A DNA stretch of 64,000 nt from Candidatus Terraquivivens tengchongensis (GTDB lineage Archaea > Thermoproteota > Nitrososphaeria_A > Caldarchaeales > Wolframiiraptoraceae), in assembly GCA_023261845.1 (NCBI GenBank), contig JALNJZ010000002.1:64001-128000 (forward strand), in the 5' to 3' direction. Positions 61,283 to 64,000 of this stretch are shown here, one piece after another. Below the pieces are notes generated by a model. It was not told where the DNA came from. It searched no databases and saw only the letters and a list, made by a program, of their open reading frames with translations. The first letter of the stretch is position 1. Every line of letters starts with the position of its first letter. A program made the translations under genes and the position numbers.

Positions 61283-61789
61283 TTAGACCTTGAGTGTAAA
61301 GCATGTATACGTTGACGTAAGGTTAACCTCAGTAAGTAGCCAAAGCCTTTTGAAGACCCTCTCAAAATATTCTTCCCTTGCTTCTTCCCTAACAGAAATC
61401 ACAACATCATACATGCCAAAGAGTTGATGCGCCTCCGTTACATCTTCTATACTTTTTAAGAAAGTATCCCAGAGCCTTGGTGCTGCTGGTCTCCTTAATT
61501 TTATAAATATATAGGCGCATTTCTTTATCTTATCAACATCTTTTACTTCAAACGTCAGCCCGCCCTCTTCATTAACTATTAGCGTGTTAGTATCAATGAC
61601 CTCGCTATCATGAAGCAAATCTAACACAGTGTTCAGCTGACCTAATGAAGAAACCTCTACCTTGCAAAGCATATCATAAGGTCCCCATATCAAATAGGCC
61701 TCCTTCACGAGACCCGAATCCCTTATTGCCTTTAAGCTGTCTATAAGTGCGCTTCTCGTGCTTACGGACCCCAAAATGAATGCTTTCAT
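61283..61789 (-). CDS. Tandem AsnC/RAM ligand-binding domain protein without HTH
   Basis: Two repeats: KAFIL...EAYLIWGPYDML and AYIFIK...EAHQLFGMYDVV. Confidence 0.72.
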   Translation of the reverse strand: MKAFILGSVSTRSALIDSLKAIRDSGLVKEAYLIWGPYDMLCKVEVSSLGQLNTVLDLLHDSEVIDTNTLIVNEEGGLTFEVKDVDKIKKCAYIFIKLRRPAAPRLWDTFLKSIEDVTEAHQLFGMYDVVISVREEAREEYFERVFKRLWLLTEVNLTSTYTCFTLKV

Positions 61790-61881
61790 GATAATTTATG
61801 ATTATGAAGTATTATTTAATCTTCGCCTAATTAATGCGCCCCTATAATCTTATTAATTACGTATATTAATATCAATATTTT

Positions 61882-62343
61882 GTGGAAAAGGAAGAGCGCT
61901 CCCTTCACGAAACTCTATACATAGAGACTACGCCAAGGGAACATGCAGAAATGTATCTTAAGGCTATAAAACTTCTAAATGAGTTTGGTGAAGACCCTGT
62001 AAGGGTAGTAAGCTTGGCGAAAAAGCTCGGGGTTGCGTCATCGAGTGTAGTTCAGATGTTGTCAAAGCTTGAACATGAAGGATACGTGTCTTACGAAAGA
62101 AGGTCCGGGGTTAAGCTGACCAAGTTGGGCGATGGTGTTGCGACTAAGATTTTAAGAAATGCTAGGCTACTCGAAGTCTTGATGGAGAAACACCTTGGAA
62201 TAGTGGCTGACGAAAGAGTAGTATGCGGTGTGGAACATCACATGACAGAGAAACTGGCCGAAGCCTTATGCAAGTTCTTAAATCATCCAAGGAAATGTCC
62301 TCACGGCATCGATATACCGCCAGGAAAATGTTGCAAAGTTTAA
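61882..62343 (+). CDS. DtxR/MntR metal-dependent transcriptional regulator
   Basis: EMYLKAI, LAKKLGV HTH, RLLE, VEH, CPHG..IP. Confidence 0.9.
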   Translation: MEKEERSLHETLYIETTPREHAEMYLKAIKLLNEFGEDPVRVVSLAKKLGVASSSVVQMLSKLEHEGYVSYERRSGVKLTKLGDGVATKILRNARLLEVLMEKHLGIVADERVVCGVEHHMTEKLAEALCKFLNHPRKCPHGIDIPPGKCCKV

Positions 62344-62400
62344 ACAAAGAGCAGTAATATCTTAACCGTAGATAAGTTTGAGATAGTCGTTAAATTGTGA

Positions 62401-63168
62401 CTATGCGGTCTCTATCCTAGGAGCTACTAGGTAGCCTAGCTTTCCTGATGGAATAGGGAAGCTAAATCTGATAGGTTTATTTGTCGAGAGCTCAATAGTA
62501 AGCTCTTCAGAGAGTGTTTTGGCGGCTTTAATGATTTTCTCGACATAATTTATGCTGAAATTAGCCCATACCTCTTTATCAGCCTTTACCTCGTATACAG
62601 CAGCGCCGGTCTTGCTCAATTTTATTTGAACTGCTCCAACTTCGCCTTTGGCAGAAAGTATGACAGCATCAGGACTTATAGTGAACTTAACATAATCGCT
62701 TACTAAACTACTGTCCTCTATCGCATCAGCCAGCGCATCCGTGTTAATTCTTGCAGCTGCCTCGAAGGTAAGATTTGGAACGGCCGTTCTGGAGATTACT
62801 GGTTCCAAGGCATTGATGGTGAAGCTTCTCTCTTTCGAGCTAGCAACATCGCTCAGTATAATCGTTAGTTTCTTTTTGTCACTCTCGTACGCTATCGTTA
62901 TACTTTCGCTTTTCTTACCCCTCTTCAAGAATTTTAAAAGCTCAGTTATGCTAACGGTTATGTTCATGGGCTCTGAGCATACGTACTCTTCGGCCGCACT
63001 CTTATCCAATTCAAAGTCAACTAGCGATATGTGCGCAGGGTCCATCGATACCATCTTTATGGAGTTCTCATCTACTACAAACGTCCCCTCCTCGACGACT
63101 GCAGATATCGCCTTGATAAGGTCCGCGAAGTACTCTGCGTTGGGCAAACGCATTCTAAACGACATCAA
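62401..63168 (-). CDS. pcn: DNA polymerase sliding clamp PCNA
   Basis: MDPAHISLV, C-terminal YLVAPRIE; 255 aa. Confidence 0.94.
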   Translation of the reverse strand: MMSFRMRLPNAEYFADLIKAISAVVEEGTFVVDENSIKMVSMDPAHISLVDFELDKSAAEEYVCSEPMNITVSITELLKFLKRGKKSESITIAYESDKKKLTIILSDVASSKERSFTINALEPVISRTAVPNLTFEAAARINTDALADAIEDSSLVSDYVKFTISPDAVILSAKGEVGAVQIKLSKTGAAVYEVKADKEVWANFSINYVEKIIKAAKTLSEELTIELSTNKPIRFSFPIPSGKLGYLVAPRIETA

Positions 63169-63336
63169 ATAAATTCAATATGTTGTTATGTATAAGGATT
63201 TCTTGCAGTTCAAAGTTTAAGCATTATGTACATAATACTGGCGGAAAAAGTATGGGGTACGTTTTCTTCAAAACGATTGACTCCAAAAAGCTGATGGTTG
63301 CAAAAGATTTAAATCAAAAAATCTTTTTCAAAACCT

Positions 63337-64000
63337 ATGAAGCAGATGAACAAACAGCACCATCTTCATGAACCCATTAAACCCATCAGACTTGATGAGA
63401 ACATTAATCTTGTGGGTTTAGTCGAACAATTCAGATACACGTCTTACCAAAGTAGGAATCTTTACAACGCTTTTCATGTGATGGAGCTTATGCAAACGGA
63501 CCCAGATAGACCAATAATCTTTTTGACACTTGCGGGCGCGATGATTCCAGCTGGCATGAAGGGCGTGCTGAACGAGATGATGAAGAGAAAGATGGTGGAC
63601 GTAATAATATCAACCGGTGCGAACGTAACGCATGATGTGGTCGAGAGTCTCGGCTTTCCCCACTATAAAGGGTCACCGTATGCTGATGACGAAGAGTTAA
63701 GAAAAGCTGGGATATGTAGGATTTATGACACGTTCCTTCAGGAGGATGGTTTTTGGAAGGAAGAGGAAGTCGTCCTTAAAGTTGCGGATAGAATCGGAGA
63801 TAAAACTTGTTCCAGTCGAGAATTTATTTACGAACTTGGAAAGGAACTCAGAAACCATGAGTCGTTTGTAGGCTTAGCGGCGGAGCTTGGTGTACCCATA
63901 TTCTGCCCAGCGTTAAATGATAGCGATATAGGCATAGCACTCACAAAATACTACGAACAAAAACGTGGCAAAGATAGATGCAGGATAGACCCTATCAGAG
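63337..64000 (+). CDS. dys: Deoxyhypusine synthase (3' end outside window)
   Basis: Manual translation: FLTLAGAMIPAG, ISTGANVTHD, RIYDT, VPIFCPALNDSDIG. Confidence 0.88.
   Translation, partial: MKQMNKQHHLHEPIKPIRLDENINLVGLVEQFRYTSYQSRNLYNAFHVMELMQTDPDRPIIFLTLAGAMIPAGMKGVLNEMMKRKMVDVIISTGANVTHDVVESLGFPHYKGSPYADDEELRKAGICRIYDTFLQEDGFWKEEEVVLKVADRIGDKTCSSREFIYELGKELRNHESFVGLAAELGVPIFCPALNDSDIGIALTKYYEQKRGKDRCRIDPIR

Noticed and set aside
61127-61315. 62-aa ORF
   Set aside because: Overlaps tRNA-Pro on the opposite strand

Overview
Core-genome window of an archaeon. An unsplit RNA polymerase subunit A, unsplit RpoB, PolD DP1 next to cdc6 and a CdvB/ESCRT-III homolog point to the Aigarchaeota/Thaumarchaeota (Nitrososphaeria-like) part of TACK; this placement is an inference. 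The window holds rpoH-rpoB-rpoA, a LysW-dependent lysine/arginine cluster, EF-2, a split methionine synthase, the L22-L30 ribosomal protein block, L3-L4, a replication origin (two perfect 28-bp inverted ORBs plus a third ORB) with cdc6-DP1, a pst phosphate operon, a 2-oxoacid:ferredoxin oxidoreductase, PCNA, deoxyhypusine synthase and tRNA-Pro(CGG). No mobile elements or CRISPR arrays were seen. The main finding is that the EF-2 gene is interrupted inside its GTPase P-loop (IIAH|VDHGKT) by a 31-nt insert that folds into a canonical bulge-helix-bulge motif. Removing it at the canonical BHB cut sites restores a 729-aa EF-2, so it looks like an endonuclease-spliced intron in an essential protein-coding mRNA. 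Other oddities are a LysW ending in EDWGQ instead of EDWGE, a probable ATA start codon (or TAA read-through) between in-frame MetE halves, DnaA-box-like repeats in the origin, and a promoter-flanked orphan hairpin.
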